64,000 bases of DNA from a virus. This document shows positions 31,877-41,411 of the stretch, piece by piece. The DNA lies in the IMG/VR virus record IMGVR_UViG_3300025626_000006, positions 32,001 to 96,000 of that record. One strand, given 5' to 3'. Numbering within the stretch: position 1 is the first letter of the stretch; the number at the start of each line of letters is the position of its first letter. A program made the position numbers and the translations under genes. The notes beneath the pieces are model-generated. The model was given only the letters and a program-made list of their open reading frames with translations. It did not search any database and was not told the DNA's origin.

Positions 31877-32043
31877 GTTTTTGTACCAAAATTGATTTTA
31901 TTAACTTTTAGTTTTGTACTTATATCTACACAACCTAAGTTGCTAAGCTTAATAACTTAGTAATTATCTAAGATAATCACAAGTATAAATATAGATTATT
32001 AAATTAATTAATAAATAATAACAAGCTTTCCCCATACTATGCC

Positions 32044-32955
32044 CTATTGGTGTCTACCAAAATTGGAAAGATAATTTAAGACTGTCAACTCTTTTTCCTT
32101 AGCTTCTACTACAATGTCAATATCATGACCATATGTATTTATTTCTGAGTAGATGTAATCCGAGTGAGCTTGTGGTTTTGCAGTCTCATCTTCAAGTGTT
32201 CTTGATTCAGAATAATGTACAACAGGTTTTATATCACCCCACGTTGACATAGCTAACTCTAATGCTTCTTGTTCTGACATACCACCAGTGTTAAAGGTGT
32301 GGTGATGATAATCAAATACAATAGGAATACCAATACGTTCATGTATGTACATTAAATCTTTTACTGAGTACATAGAACCTTTATCATCATTCTCTACTGT
32401 AAGACGTGTCTGAACTGATTCAGGTAATCTCTCAAAGTTCTTACAGAACCTATCCATAGCAGATATCTTATCACCATACACGCCATTACAATGTATATTT
32501 ATTTTATTGTAAGGAGTACGAGACAATCCCATGAGGTCAAATGTCTCACCATGTATAGTTAAGTCTTTGATTGTGTTATCCACAACTCGGTCAGTTGGTG
32601 ATACCAATACGTTAAATGGGCCAGGATGTGATGTTACACGTTGACCATACTTTTCAGCTAATCTACCAGCGCCATTTAGTAATATAGCGAACTTACGATA
32701 ATCAGGCATATCTGTTAACTTGAACTCACTAGCCCAAGGTATTAGATTAGAGCTCATACGGAACAGATTAAACCCATTCTTATGATTCCATTTGATTATT
32801 TCGATAAGGTCTCTAGCGTTCTCTAAAGCAAGTCCAGATGACTTTGATATACCTTCTTTTAGAAAGGTTCGTTTAATCATACTACGATTTGTAGTAATCT
32901 TTGGTTTTTGTTTACCTAACGTTTGATTGATACAAGCGTATCCTAAATTTACCAT
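32044..32955 (-). CDS. uvsE: UV damage endonuclease
   Basis: LGYACIN, FRMSSNLIP, SHPGPFNVL, ENDD, DYHHH, HSDY, EAKEKE. Confidence 0.92.
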   Translation of the reverse strand: MVNLGYACINQTLGKQKPKITTNRSMIKRTFLKEGISKSSGLALENARDLIEIIKWNHKNGFNLFRMSSNLIPWASEFKLTDMPDYRKFAILLNGAGRLAEKYGQRVTSHPGPFNVLVSPTDRVVDNTIKDLTIHGETFDLMGLSRTPYNKINIHCNGVYGDKISAMDRFCKNFERLPESVQTRLTVENDDKGSMYSVKDLMYIHERIGIPIVFDYHHHTFNTGGMSEQEALELAMSTWGDIKPVVHYSESRTLEDETAKPQAHSDYIYSEINTYGHDIDIVVEAKEKELTVLNYLSNFGRHQ

Positions 32956-32994
32956 ACAGTTTTCATTTATTAATTATTATACTACTAATATAAC

Positions 32995-33022
32995 AAAAAA
33001 AGGGGACTTATACAAGCCCCCT
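32995..33022 (-). terminator. Rho-independent terminator overlapping the uvsE promoter
   Basis: Minus strand AGGGGGCTT-GTAT-AAGTCCCCT followed by a T run. Confidence 0.7.
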
Positions 33023-33036
33023 ATGTTAAATAATTG

Positions 33037-33240
33037 TTAAATTTCTTGCCACTCTACATCCGTAACTTCTTCAAGGAAATAGAAAAACCCATCGCTTCCC
33101 TTCAGTACAGTGTCGCAGTTCAAATAAGACTTCCACGTTTCTACAATCGGACGCCGGTCGGAATGTATTTTACGCTTGATTAAATATAACTTGTTGTTGT
33201 GTTGTAATTTGGGATATCTAAACCACGAATACGCTGACAT
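33037..33240 (-). CDS. Hypothetical protein
   Basis: 67-aa ORF directly downstream of Hsp20. Confidence 0.55.
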   Translation of the reverse strand: MSAYSWFRYPKLQHNNKLYLIKRKIHSDRRPIVETWKSYLNCDTVLKGSDGFFYFLEEVTDVEWQEI

Positions 33241-33245
33241 TTAAC

Positions 33246-33590
33246 TTATTTAACTGTTACCTTAATGTTTTTTGCTTTCCTATCTTCATATTTAGGAATT
33301 GTAATATTAAGTAATCCATCTTTAGCTATTGCATTTGTAGCAGATAAGTCAAACGACTCGTGAATTTTATATTTCTTTTCAAGTTTACGAGAATCTTTCT
33401 CAGCTTTAATTGTTAATAACCTATCTTCAACGTTAACTTCAATATCTTTATTGGATAATCCAGGTACTTCTAACTCCATAGTTAGTATATCATCTTTAAT
33501 ATACGAACTTGTATCTGAAATACTCTTACCATTATCAACATCCCAGTTTAACATACTTGATATAACGTGGTCAAAATTTGTGTAAATCAT
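33246..33590 (-). CDS. Small heat-shock protein (Hsp20/alpha-crystallin)
   Basis: ELEVPGLSNKDIEV, LTIKAEK, AKDGLLNITIPK. Confidence 0.9.
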   Translation of the reverse strand: MIYTNFDHVISSMLNWDVDNGKSISDTSSYIKDDILTMELEVPGLSNKDIEVNVEDRLLTIKAEKDSRKLEKKYKIHESFDLSATNAIAKDGLLNITIPKYEDRKAKNIKVTVK

Positions 33591-33631
33591 AATTTTCCTC
33601 TTTTTAAAATTTATTTCTTTACGTTATATAC

Positions 33632-33706
33632 TACCAATATTGTTCCAATGGTGATTTCACTATCATAACCTGACAATGTGTCACAATGTACTGACAAAAT
33701 GTTAGT
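33632..33706 (-). promoter_or_regulatory. Putative sigma54-type promoter with upstream TGACA-N3-TGTCA inverted repeats
   Basis: Minus strand TGGAACAATATTGGTA (GG-N10-G), plus palindromes TGACAATGTGTCA and CTGACAAAATGTTAG upstream of hsp20. Confidence 0.4.
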
Positions 33707-34088
33707 TTGATGAGATAGGACTACCTTTATCTATGAGTTGATATACACTTGCTGTACCTTTATCGTGTTGATGAAGTAACATATACCCATCCATAATAAA
33801 CATTCTAAGTGTACGTTCTTTAATACCTTTATCTATACAATTGATAATAAAGTGTGAGTCTGTTAGAATTACATCAACCTTTAAAGGACTAACATCATCT
33901 TGTGATTCTTCGTCATTCTCATAGTCCCATATGTCCCCACCTTCATCCTGAGATTGTTCATCTTCCCAATCGTCAGCAAACTCTTCGGAATGGAATAACC
34001 AATCATATAAGTAATAGACTTTTTCGTCATCTGCCAACTCCATAAAGAAGTTATATTCTGCTTTATCCCATTGTAGTGTCATATCCAT
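33702..34088 (-). CDS. Highly acidic hypothetical protein
   Basis: Central D/E-rich tract. Confidence 0.6.
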   Translation of the reverse strand: MDMTLQWDKAEYNFFMELADDEKVYYLYDWLFHSEEFADDWEDEQSQDEGGDIWDYENDEESQDDVSPLKVDVILTDSHFIINCIDKGIKERTLRMFIMDGYMLLHQHDKGTASVYQLIDKGSPISSN

Positions 34089-34106
34089 CCTCTTTAATAT
34101 AAATAG

Positions 34107-34460
34107 TTAAGGACGAGCTTTCCACACTCCATTTAAATAAAGTATTCCTTCTTTGGTTATAGCAGTAAGCTTATTTTCCATAACAAAATCAGAAAATATA
34201 TCTAATGTGTTATGTATAGCTTCAGATGTATACACACGTTTAATTTGTCCGATTCTAATTAACATAGCTTGAGCATATAATTCATCTACTGGTGTTTCCG
34301 AATTAAGAAGTTCATGTATCTTACCCTTAGCTATTGTATAATATGGGTCTTTCTTTTCTACAATAATATCTCGTATCGATGCTATGTAGACTTCCAAATC
34401 CGTTTTACTTAGATTATCAGCGTCTTCTAATAAGGAGAATAGGTCGTTTTTGGGAGGCAC
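34107..34460 (-). CDS. Hypothetical protein
   Basis: ORF track; fits the gene packing. Confidence 0.5.
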   Translation of the reverse strand: MPPKNDLFSLLEDADNLSKTDLEVYIASIRDIIVEKKDPYYTIAKGKIHELLNSETPVDELYAQAMLIRIGQIKRVYTSEAIHNTLDIFSDFVMENKLTAITKEGILYLNGVWKARP

Positions 34461-34463
34461 AAT

Positions 34464-34772
34464 TTACATATTTAGTCTGTACTTCTTCTTAGCAATTTCT
34501 GACGCTTCGAAACAAGTAATAGCGATTTTGTGAGCTTCTGCCATTGTAAGGTCTACTTCGGTGTTACCTATCATTAGTGTTCCTATCTTAGTAGCACCAT
34601 GTGGGTATCCCTCTGAATGGTCTTGATGTTCTAACATTTGGAAATCAATTTGACTCCAAAGTTTTCCTTTTCTTTCATCGTGCTTTTTTCTAGCGTCATC
34701 CGTAATACCATGTGATTGGTTAACATATCCACCTCTACCGGCACGATGTTTGTTTGCATTATATTTCTTCAT
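34464..34772 (-). CDS. Hypothetical protein
   Basis: ORF preceded by TATTTATA. Confidence 0.55.
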   Translation of the reverse strand: MKKYNANKHRAGRGGYVNQSHGITDDARKKHDERKGKLWSQIDFQMLEHQDHSEGYPHGATKIGTLMIGNTEVDLTMAEAHKIAITCFEASEIAKKKYRLNM

Positions 34773-34826
34773 GAGAATTTAATTTATGATTTATATCTAT
34801 AAATAGTTTTCTCATATATAATTAAA

Positions 34827-35144
34827 CTACTTTCTTCTTCGATTTCTTAAAGAAACTCTATTAAACTTTTTCTCATCAATAGCTGTTTCTTTTCTAAGCG
34901 GATGTGTACGTCTAAAGTTTTGATTGATTTGTACACTTCTTGAAGCCCAATACCAAGCGTCCCATACGGACGCTTGGGGTGGGATAAATAAATCATCACC
35001 AACAGTGCCACCAAGCCCATCTGATACATAAAACTTCCCATCGGATGTCATTTGTGTTTTTGCTTTAGAGAATCGCTTGTTAACTTTTCTTTTAAATGCG
35101 TTGAACTTTCGTTTAGCTATCTTACTATCTGCTGGTTGCTTCAT
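34827..35144 (-). CDS. Basic hypothetical protein
   Basis: K/R-rich 105-aa ORF. Confidence 0.55.
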   Translation of the reverse strand: MKQPADSKIAKRKFNAFKRKVNKRFSKAKTQMTSDGKFYVSDGLGGTVGDDLFIPPQASVWDAWYWASRSVQINQNFRRTHPLRKETAIDEKKFNRVSLRNRRRK

Positions 35145-35149
35145 TCTAT

Positions 35150-35359
35150 TTAATTTTTATTTAAGTTTTTTGTAAGCCCTCTGTGTATATGACAAGTGGT
35201 TAGTTCTTTGTTAACAGAACACCTTTCCACTATTTTACCATTTTCAAGGAGTACTTCATATACGAGACCTTTTTTTAATCTGGTTCTGTTAAGGACTTGT
35301 CCAACATGGTAAGCCCCATTTAAGTTTAAGATTAGTTTGTCTCCTTTTTGAAATACCAT
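35150..35359 (-). CDS. Small SH3/KOW-like hypothetical protein
   Basis: FQKGDKL...GQV...YEVLLENG beta-barrel pattern. Confidence 0.5.
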   Translation of the reverse strand: MVFQKGDKLILNLNGAYHVGQVLNRTRLKKGLVYEVLLENGKIVERCSVNKELTTCHIHRGLTKNLNKN

Positions 35360-35360
35360 A

Positions 35361-35561
35361 TTATTTAATTACTTTAATTATTTTAGTTTCGATAACTGCA
35401 CTCACCTCGAATTCAAGATTAGCACCTTCGAAGTCCTTAACTACCTTAGTCTCAGCGTCTGTAACCGATACCGCGTTAACGACATATTGTTCTGTTACTT
35501 TTTTTACTCTTCCTTTGTCATCCGTATGATGAACTTTTACTTTAGCGATGTAATACTGCAT
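35361..35561 (-). CDS. DUF4494-family protein (typical of Bacteroidota)
   Basis: AKVK....G..KKVTEQYVVNAVSVTDAE...FEV..V.ETKI. Confidence 0.7.
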   Translation of the reverse strand: MQYYIAKVKVHHTDDKGRVKKVTEQYVVNAVSVTDAETKVVKDFEGANLEFEVSAVIETKIIKVIK

Positions 35562-35991
35562 TTTGTTTTTGTTTTTGATTATTAATTATTATTGATTATT
35601 TGACTTAATTCAAACTCATCAACGAGTTTGTACGTTCCGTTAGGCCCTACGTCATGGTAGTCCTCACTTATGATGTGATAGTATTCAACCATCGTCTCAC
35701 CATTACTTTGTTTTCCAGCGGAAATAACTATATAAGAAAAGTTATCACCTTGGTCTTGATAGGAAGTTACTTCCCTTTTAAATTCTTTAAAATTTGCCAT
35801 ATTAAAATTGTTTTCTTAAATTTGAATCATATTGTTCTGCAATCTTTCTGAGATACTCTAGCGACTCGGTACTACCTATTAAAGTGTCTACCTTACGAGT
35901 ATACATCCTAACTACATATTCTGTTCCTAAGTCCTTAACCATTTGTTGTAAGGTACTAATACTTGGTAATTGTTTTTTATTAAATCCCATA

Positions 35992-36351
35992 TTAATCAAA
36001 CCATTGTGTTCTGTTAGTCTTTATATTCTTGATACCCTCATCAGTATACTTAGGGTTATCCTTTTCCATCTCATCGAAACGTTCTTTAATTTTCTCAAAA
36101 GCAACGTTCTCATTCTTCTTACCAATCTCACCAGCTTTCTTTAAATCGTCCTTAGTAAGTTCCTTACCTTGAGATGCGGCTGAAATTGAAGCGTATCGTT
36201 TTGTATGATATGAACTTAATGGTTTGGAAAATTGTTTTAGGTACTCAGCTTTTGAATCTAAGTATTCTAAGAACTTATCAAAGTTCTCTTCACCTAATAG
36301 GTGTAACTCTGCATCGGTAAGAGGATTGTCTGGGTCGTACTTTAGATTCAT
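35992..36351 (-). CDS. Hypothetical protein
   Basis: 119-aa ORF with its own early-type promoter at 36357-36388. Confidence 0.55.
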   Translation of the reverse strand: MNLKYDPDNPLTDAELHLLGEENFDKFLEYLDSKAEYLKQFSKPLSSYHTKRYASISAASQGKELTKDDLKKAGEIGKKNENVAFEKIKERFDEMEKDNPKYTDEGIKNIKTNRTQWFD

Positions 36352-36369
36352 ATCTTTAAATATACAAAA

Positions 36370-36810
36370 TTATTTATTAATAAACAAGCCTTTTCTCTTC
36401 ATTTGTTCGTTACAATAGAAATCAAATAATTGTTCAGCGTCCATTGCTCTTCGATTCATCATTTTGTCCCAAAGACAAAACCCAAAGTGCTTGTGTAATT
36501 CTTTTTTTAAACTATCAAGAATTTTAATGTCGTCTTTTAAAGCTTCTTCATCTAACTTCATTGCCTTGATATGTTTCATTTTTGATTTAATTCGAGCTTC
36601 AGCTTCCCACTCAAAGTAATCAGAACCCTCGGTCATTCTACTCATATGTTCGTTGAAGATTGCCAACTGCTCTTCACGAGCAGCGGCAGCTTCTGAGTAA
36701 AATTGAGAGTAATCAAAATCTCCGTTTTTAATTCTATCGTAAAGATGTTCTTTAACGGAGAGTTTCCTTTTACGGCCTTTAGTCCACCATCTATATGGGT
36801 TATATGCCAT
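36370..36810 (-). CDS. Hypothetical phage protein
   Basis: MAYNPYRWW...RIKNGDFDYS. Confidence 0.55.
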   Translation of the reverse strand: MAYNPYRWWTKGRKRKLSVKEHLYDRIKNGDFDYSQFYSEAAAAREEQLAIFNEHMSRMTEGSDYFEWEAEARIKSKMKHIKAMKLDEEALKDDIKILDSLKKELHKHFGFCLWDKMMNRRAMDAEQLFDFYCNEQMKRKGLFINK

Positions 36811-37149
36811 TTAATTTTTTTGTTTAAGTTGAATGATAATGTCTGTTACAAATTTAGATGTTTTAGTTTTACCACCAACATTCCATTCTTGTAACCACAC
36901 TTTTGTGTATTCCTCTGATTCGGTTTTCCAATCATAGATACTGAATACCTCACCCGTAGAGTTATCTTGAATAACCCACTCCTTACGAACCTTACCACCC
37001 GAGTGGAGTTCTGTGAATGTAGGTTGACCGAATGCGGCAACAAGTTGAGTGTAGTTCCAACCGACAAGTCGTTCTTGAACTTTACCACCAACCAACGCTT
37101 TAACAGCGATAGTCTTGTCTTTTAAAATAGTGTAATTTGGTTTTTTCAT
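36811..37149 (-). CDS. Hypothetical phage protein
   Basis: FGQPT...KV..EW...FSIYDWK...WNVGG pattern. Confidence 0.55.
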   Translation of the reverse strand: MKKPNYTILKDKTIAVKALVGGKVQERLVGWNYTQLVAAFGQPTFTELHSGGKVRKEWVIQDNSTGEVFSIYDWKTESEEYTKVWLQEWNVGGKTKTSKFVTDIIIQLKQKN

Positions 37150-37188
37150 AATTGTATTATTATTAAATTAATAAAGACTTACTAACCC

Positions 37189-38454
37189 TTAAAATGGGTT
37201 AGACACGTCTTCAGTTTCAACATTAAATAAATCCTCATTCTCTGGCGTTTCACCTAAGAACTTTTGAATATATTGTTTGATGTAAATTCTTTCCGATTGA
37301 GCTCCACCACTTTGGTCGAACAATGGGTAGATAGTAATCTCAGCAGCCTCAGCCAAATCAAATCCATCATAAAGTAATGAACCAATTTCGACAGCCGTTC
37401 TCGTTGATAACGAGTTGGTCAATTTAGGTGTCTCAGACATCACATCACTTCTTGTCATAGAAGTAATCTCAGCGACATTCTGAAGAAGTGTTTTTTCTAC
37501 TGAAGGATACATCATTTCAAGAAGAGAAGTCTCTTGGTCATGAGTTAAAGTATCCATCTCAATCACAGTGAATCTATCAAGGATAGCTCTATCGAGAGCT
37601 CTTGTAGCAGTATATTCATTACCAATGTTAGCCGATGCGATGAAGGAAACACCCTCAGCCACCTTGACAACAGGAGAATCAGACGCCTCATCCAACCTTA
37701 AGTATCTTTGACCTTGGTCAAGTACAGTCATCAGAATGTTATGAGCCTCAGGATGAGCTCTCGTCAACTCATCAAGAACTACAATAGTGTTTGGAGTTTG
37801 AATCGCCTTAACGAAAGGTGAAGGGTTAAACATTGTACCCTTCTTGGTATCAAACTGAGTGTTACCAATAAGAGTTGTTCTTGGGTCTTGAGTAGCTCCC
37901 AAGTTAATAATGAAAGTATTGTAACCTTCAAGAGAGTTAGCAGCCGCCTTAGCAGCCATGGTCTTACCACAACCAGCGGGACCTGTCATCATAATGTTCT
38001 TACCTCTCAGAATATTTCTGATTAGGTACTTCCACTTGAGTGACTGCATGAACAACATTTTAGGTTTTAAACCTTCTGACTTTTCATGAATGAAACTAAG
38101 AACATCTGAGGTCATCTCAGCCGTAGCAGCCTCAGTAACTATTTGTTTATATTGTAACGACACCAAACCACCATTAGGTTGGTTGAAGTTACCAACAGGA
38201 GTTGGGTTTTGTTCGACCTTGTCTGAAGGAACTCTTGTGAATCCAAGTTCTCCATTAGCCAAAGTACCAACTACTCTAATCTTGAAACCATACTTGTCAG
38301 GTCTCTTAGCGGCCTGTCTAGCCCTTACATATAGGGAAGTACCCTCTTCATTTAATTGAGGAACGTTGAATTGTACCCCACTTGAATCTTGGAACAAGAA
38401 TAGTCCATCTACATTGACAATCTTTCCGAAAACTGATTTTTGTGCTTTACTCAT
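37189..38454 (-). CDS. MoxR/CbbQ/CobS-like AAA+ ATPase
   Basis: GPAGCGKT, VVLDELTRA, ASANIG, LDRAILDRF, LSTR. Confidence 0.88.
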   Translation of the reverse strand: MSKAQKSVFGKIVNVDGLFLFQDSSGVQFNVPQLNEEGTSLYVRARQAAKRPDKYGFKIRVVGTLANGELGFTRVPSDKVEQNPTPVGNFNQPNGGLVSLQYKQIVTEAATAEMTSDVLSFIHEKSEGLKPKMLFMQSLKWKYLIRNILRGKNIMMTGPAGCGKTMAAKAAANSLEGYNTFIINLGATQDPRTTLIGNTQFDTKKGTMFNPSPFVKAIQTPNTIVVLDELTRAHPEAHNILMTVLDQGQRYLRLDEASDSPVVKVAEGVSFIASANIGNEYTATRALDRAILDRFTVIEMDTLTHDQETSLLEMMYPSVEKTLLQNVAEITSMTRSDVMSETPKLTNSLSTRTAVEIGSLLYDGFDLAEAAEITIYPLFDQSGGAQSERIYIKQYIQKFLGETPENEDLFNVETEDVSNPF

Positions 38455-38503
38455 AATTTTTACTTTTTATTTTTGATTAATACTCTTACTAATTATTACT
38501 CTA

Positions 38504-38559
38504 CTAAAGTACGGAATATATTTTACAATTCCAAATTTCTAATGTTAAGAAATTGTTAA
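38504..38559 (-). promoter_or_regulatory. Host-type (Bacteroidota) early promoter with upstream TTAACA-N5-TTAACA; representative of about 16 copies
   Basis: TTTG-N20-TACTTTAG. The same 20-nt spacer occurs at 12311, 30747, 32985, 36357, 40758, 40977, 42983, 43895, 47640, 49496, 50844, 51540, 51657, 60323 and 61724. Confidence 0.8.
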
Positions 38560-40712
38560 ATCTTTACTTCGAACTTTTTATTCAATGTTTTTGCCAGCTG
38601 AGTAACGTTGTTTACATCAATGAACTCTGCTCCTTTACCATACATCTTAGTAAATGACTCGTTACTACTTCCATAGTAACCATCTGAAATAAAGTAAGAT
38701 AAAACTTGTACACCGGCTTGTTGAATCTTTTTTACTTGAGCTGCTGTATGTTCAACAGCGTAAGTACCACCATATGAAATTTCTTTATTATCGAAACCTG
38801 GCCACCCATCTGAAAAGTTAATGAAATAACTCTCTGTACCATTCTTTGTAGAAGTCAACTCTTTTAATACAGCCTCAAAACATAATCCCTCAGGAGTAGT
38901 TCCACAATACATAATGTGTTTGAACAATGTCTGAATCTTGGAGAATTTATCTTTTCTTGAATCGTAAGCCATTAACATTAATGGTTGAATCGTATTGTGA
39001 CTAGCACCTCTATTATACCAAATACTTCTATAAGAAATAACAACATCGATATTCTCGGTCATCGAAGCCGCCTTAGCAATAGCGACAGCAGCCGTTTGAG
39101 TCTTATTCCATTTGTTACCACTCATTGACGAACTAGCATCAATAGAAATGTGAATCAAACTTGGAGTAGCTGTATTGATATTAATTTGGTCAAAAATATC
39201 AAAGTTACCGAATCCAATCTCGTGTAACATTCTACCATTTAGTTTACCACTCTTCATTCGTGGAGTAGAAAGAATTCTTTCTTCATTTCTCGTTTTAAGT
39301 TTTTTACCTAATTGAATACCTAATCTAATACCAGCGTTAATATTATTTTGGTTTCTATCTGTCCAAGTAGAATATGTAGTTAACATTTCCATGACATCTG
39401 AATCAACGAGGTTTTTGTTGAAGTTTCTGATGACATATGTCTGAACCCCATTTGATTGATACCCACCATAGTAACCTTGAGAAAGACCCTTACCAGTGAC
39501 CTCACTTTGAATGTCAGCTTTGTCAAGTGTTTCAATCTTTTTCTTATCAGCTTTAGTAACTTTCTTTTTAGCAATATCACCATCCATAAACTTCTTTTGT
39601 TTTTCGATAGCGTTATCTAACATCTTTTTTTGTTTATCATTCAAAGGAGAAGGTGGTATCCCACCAGCACCATTCTTATTAGGAGTTGAAGGAGAACCAC
39701 TCTCAGCGGTTTCATCAGTTGGGTCACCATCTTTACCATTATCAGAATCACCATCTGACTTGGAAACCTCACCCTTACCCTCGGCCTTCATAGGAGACCC
39801 ACCTTGGGATTGGTCATCAGGATCACCACTCATTGGAGACTCACCATTAGTAGTATCATCACCATCGTCACTCTCAGTACCTTGACCTTGACCACTACCC
39901 TCATCCGATTGTGGAAGTGGGATATTCTTTTCAAGAACCATCATAATCTCACCAGCCAACTCAAGAGAGTCATCTGTACTTTTTAGTCTTGAAATATTTC
40001 TAAGGTCAAGAAGATTCCAAATCTCTTTCAACCCATTCAATGCGTCCAAGTCTCTATTGGAGTTGGTTATATTAATAAGTCTGTACATATAAGAATCCCA
40101 ATCCTCAGTTCTGTATTCCGAAGACTTAAGTCCCTTGTCAACTATATTAGCGTGGAAGTACTTGTCATACATAGACTCATAGTAACCTCTATAACCAGGA
40201 GCCGATTGGTAAATTGAATTATCAATTCGTCTATCTTCTACATAGTTAAGTAGATTTTTAATGTTAGTGAAGAACTCAGTATTGTACTGAAGGTGTGTTC
40301 TTAATGTATCAACGTCATCTTTACCATACTTATCCATTAAAACATTAGTGTCAATAGACTTTGGTAGTATACCACTAAGTAAGTGGTTTAGAACTTTAAA
40401 GTCGGTTAAAGCGATGTGAGAACCCTCATGTAAAGCCAGACCAACAACAGGGTCAAACTCTTTATCGTCCAACTTAGCCGAAATAACAACAGACTTACCA
40501 TCGGTATAAGAATCACCCCTACCATCAAAGGTCACAGGAATACTTTTACCTGTCACGATATTAACAAAGTTACTAATACTCTTCTTATATGACATCAACT
40601 TCATGAGGTCATTAGACTTTTTCTCTACCTTGGTCTCATCTTTAGACTCTTCCCATATAGACTTGTCAGCCCAAAAGGATGAATAATTTAATTTGTTAGT
40701 TGTATATTTCAT
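38556..40712 (-). CDS. VWA-domain partner of the AAA+ ATPase (CobT-like) with N-terminal HExxH domain
   Basis: LALHEGSHI; acidic G/S/D linker; MIDAS IDASSSM, GTTPEG, FSDGWP. Start is probably MKYTTNK at 40712 rather than 40745. Confidence 0.82.
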   Translation of the reverse strand: MKYTTNKLNYSSFWADKSIWEESKDETKVEKKSNDLMKLMSYKKSISNFVNIVTGKSIPVTFDGRGDSYTDGKSVVISAKLDDKEFDPVVGLALHEGSHIALTDFKVLNHLLSGILPKSIDTNVLMDKYGKDDVDTLRTHLQYNTEFFTNIKNLLNYVEDRRIDNSIYQSAPGYRGYYESMYDKYFHANIVDKGLKSSEYRTEDWDSYMYRLINITNSNRDLDALNGLKEIWNLLDLRNISRLKSTDDSLELAGEIMMVLEKNIPLPQSDEGSGQGQGTESDDGDDTTNGESPMSGDPDDQSQGGSPMKAEGKGEVSKSDGDSDNGKDGDPTDETAESGSPSTPNKNGAGGIPPSPLNDKQKKMLDNAIEKQKKFMDGDIAKKKVTKADKKKIETLDKADIQSEVTGKGLSQGYYGGYQSNGVQTYVIRNFNKNLVDSDVMEMLTTYSTWTDRNQNNINAGIRLGIQLGKKLKTRNEERILSTPRMKSGKLNGRMLHEIGFGNFDIFDQININTATPSLIHISIDASSSMSGNKWNKTQTAAVAIAKAASMTENIDVVISYRSIWYNRGASHNTIQPLMLMAYDSRKDKFSKIQTLFKHIMYCGTTPEGLCFEAVLKELTSTKNGTESYFINFSDGWPGFDNKEISYGGTYAVEHTAAQVKKIQQAGVQVLSYFISDGYYGSSNESFTKMYGKGAEFIDVNNVTQLAKTLNKKFEVKI

Positions 40713-40809
40713 AATTTTCAATTTAAGTAGTGAATAAACTCTCACCCATTAACTATACTAAAGTACGACAATTATTTGACATTGCCAAATTTCTAATGTT
40801 AAGAAATTG

Positions 40810-40950
40810 TTAAATTTTGTTTTTATGCTTTTCTTTACGAGTATAGTGTTTCTTGCTTTTATGAGGCATTGGAACCCTGAGTGAATCTCTCCACTCTTGA
40901 AAGGTAAGGGTTACCTTCTCTAATTTGATATTTTTATCTGATTTAGCCAT
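40810..40950 (-). CDS. 46-aa ArfA-like basic peptide (not in the ORF track)
   Basis: MAKSDKNIKLEKVTLTFQEWRDSLRVPMPHKSKKHYTRKEKHKNKI; own promoter at 40977-41032. Confidence 0.6.
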   Translation of the reverse strand: MAKSDKNIKLEKVTLTFQEWRDSLRVPMPHKSKKHYTRKEKHKNKI

Positions 40951-41060
40951 AATGCCTTATCTCTTTCTTTACTATGTAAAGATAGTGAATTGTATCAGTA
41001 TTTCCAAACTTTAAATGTTAAAATTATGTTAAAGTTTTCAACACTATATGTTAATAACTA

Positions 41061-41411
41061 TTAGAGTTTACCTTCGTCTCGTAGATTTTGACGAATTTTA
41101 GTAGCTGATATCTCATGAATATCCGCTGGTGGAACGTGTTCTATTACATCATAACCAACCCCACGACCATAATTAACCGACTCGATGTCGGGTATGATTA
41201 TTACCTTTACTCTACCCTCTGCGATTGGGTCGAATAACTTTATCTGTAAGTTGTCGTATACCTCTTGTGGTGTATATGGTTGATTAGTATTTGGTTCAAC
41301 ATCACGAATAGCAATACAGACCCGCTTACCCTCATTGAGTCGTTGGTCTATTAACCATTGATGACCATCGTGCCATGGTTGCCATCTACCTATGAATAGC
41401 GAGTACTTCAT
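41061..41411 (-). CDS. Cytidylyltransferase-like (HxGH) nucleotidyltransferase
   Basis: FIGRWQPWHDGH ... ISATKIR. Confidence 0.8.
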   Translation of the reverse strand: MKYSLFIGRWQPWHDGHQWLIDQRLNEGKRVCIAIRDVEPNTNQPYTPQEVYDNLQIKLFDPIAEGRVKVIIIPDIESVNYGRGVGYDVIEHVPPADIHEISATKIRQNLRDEGKL

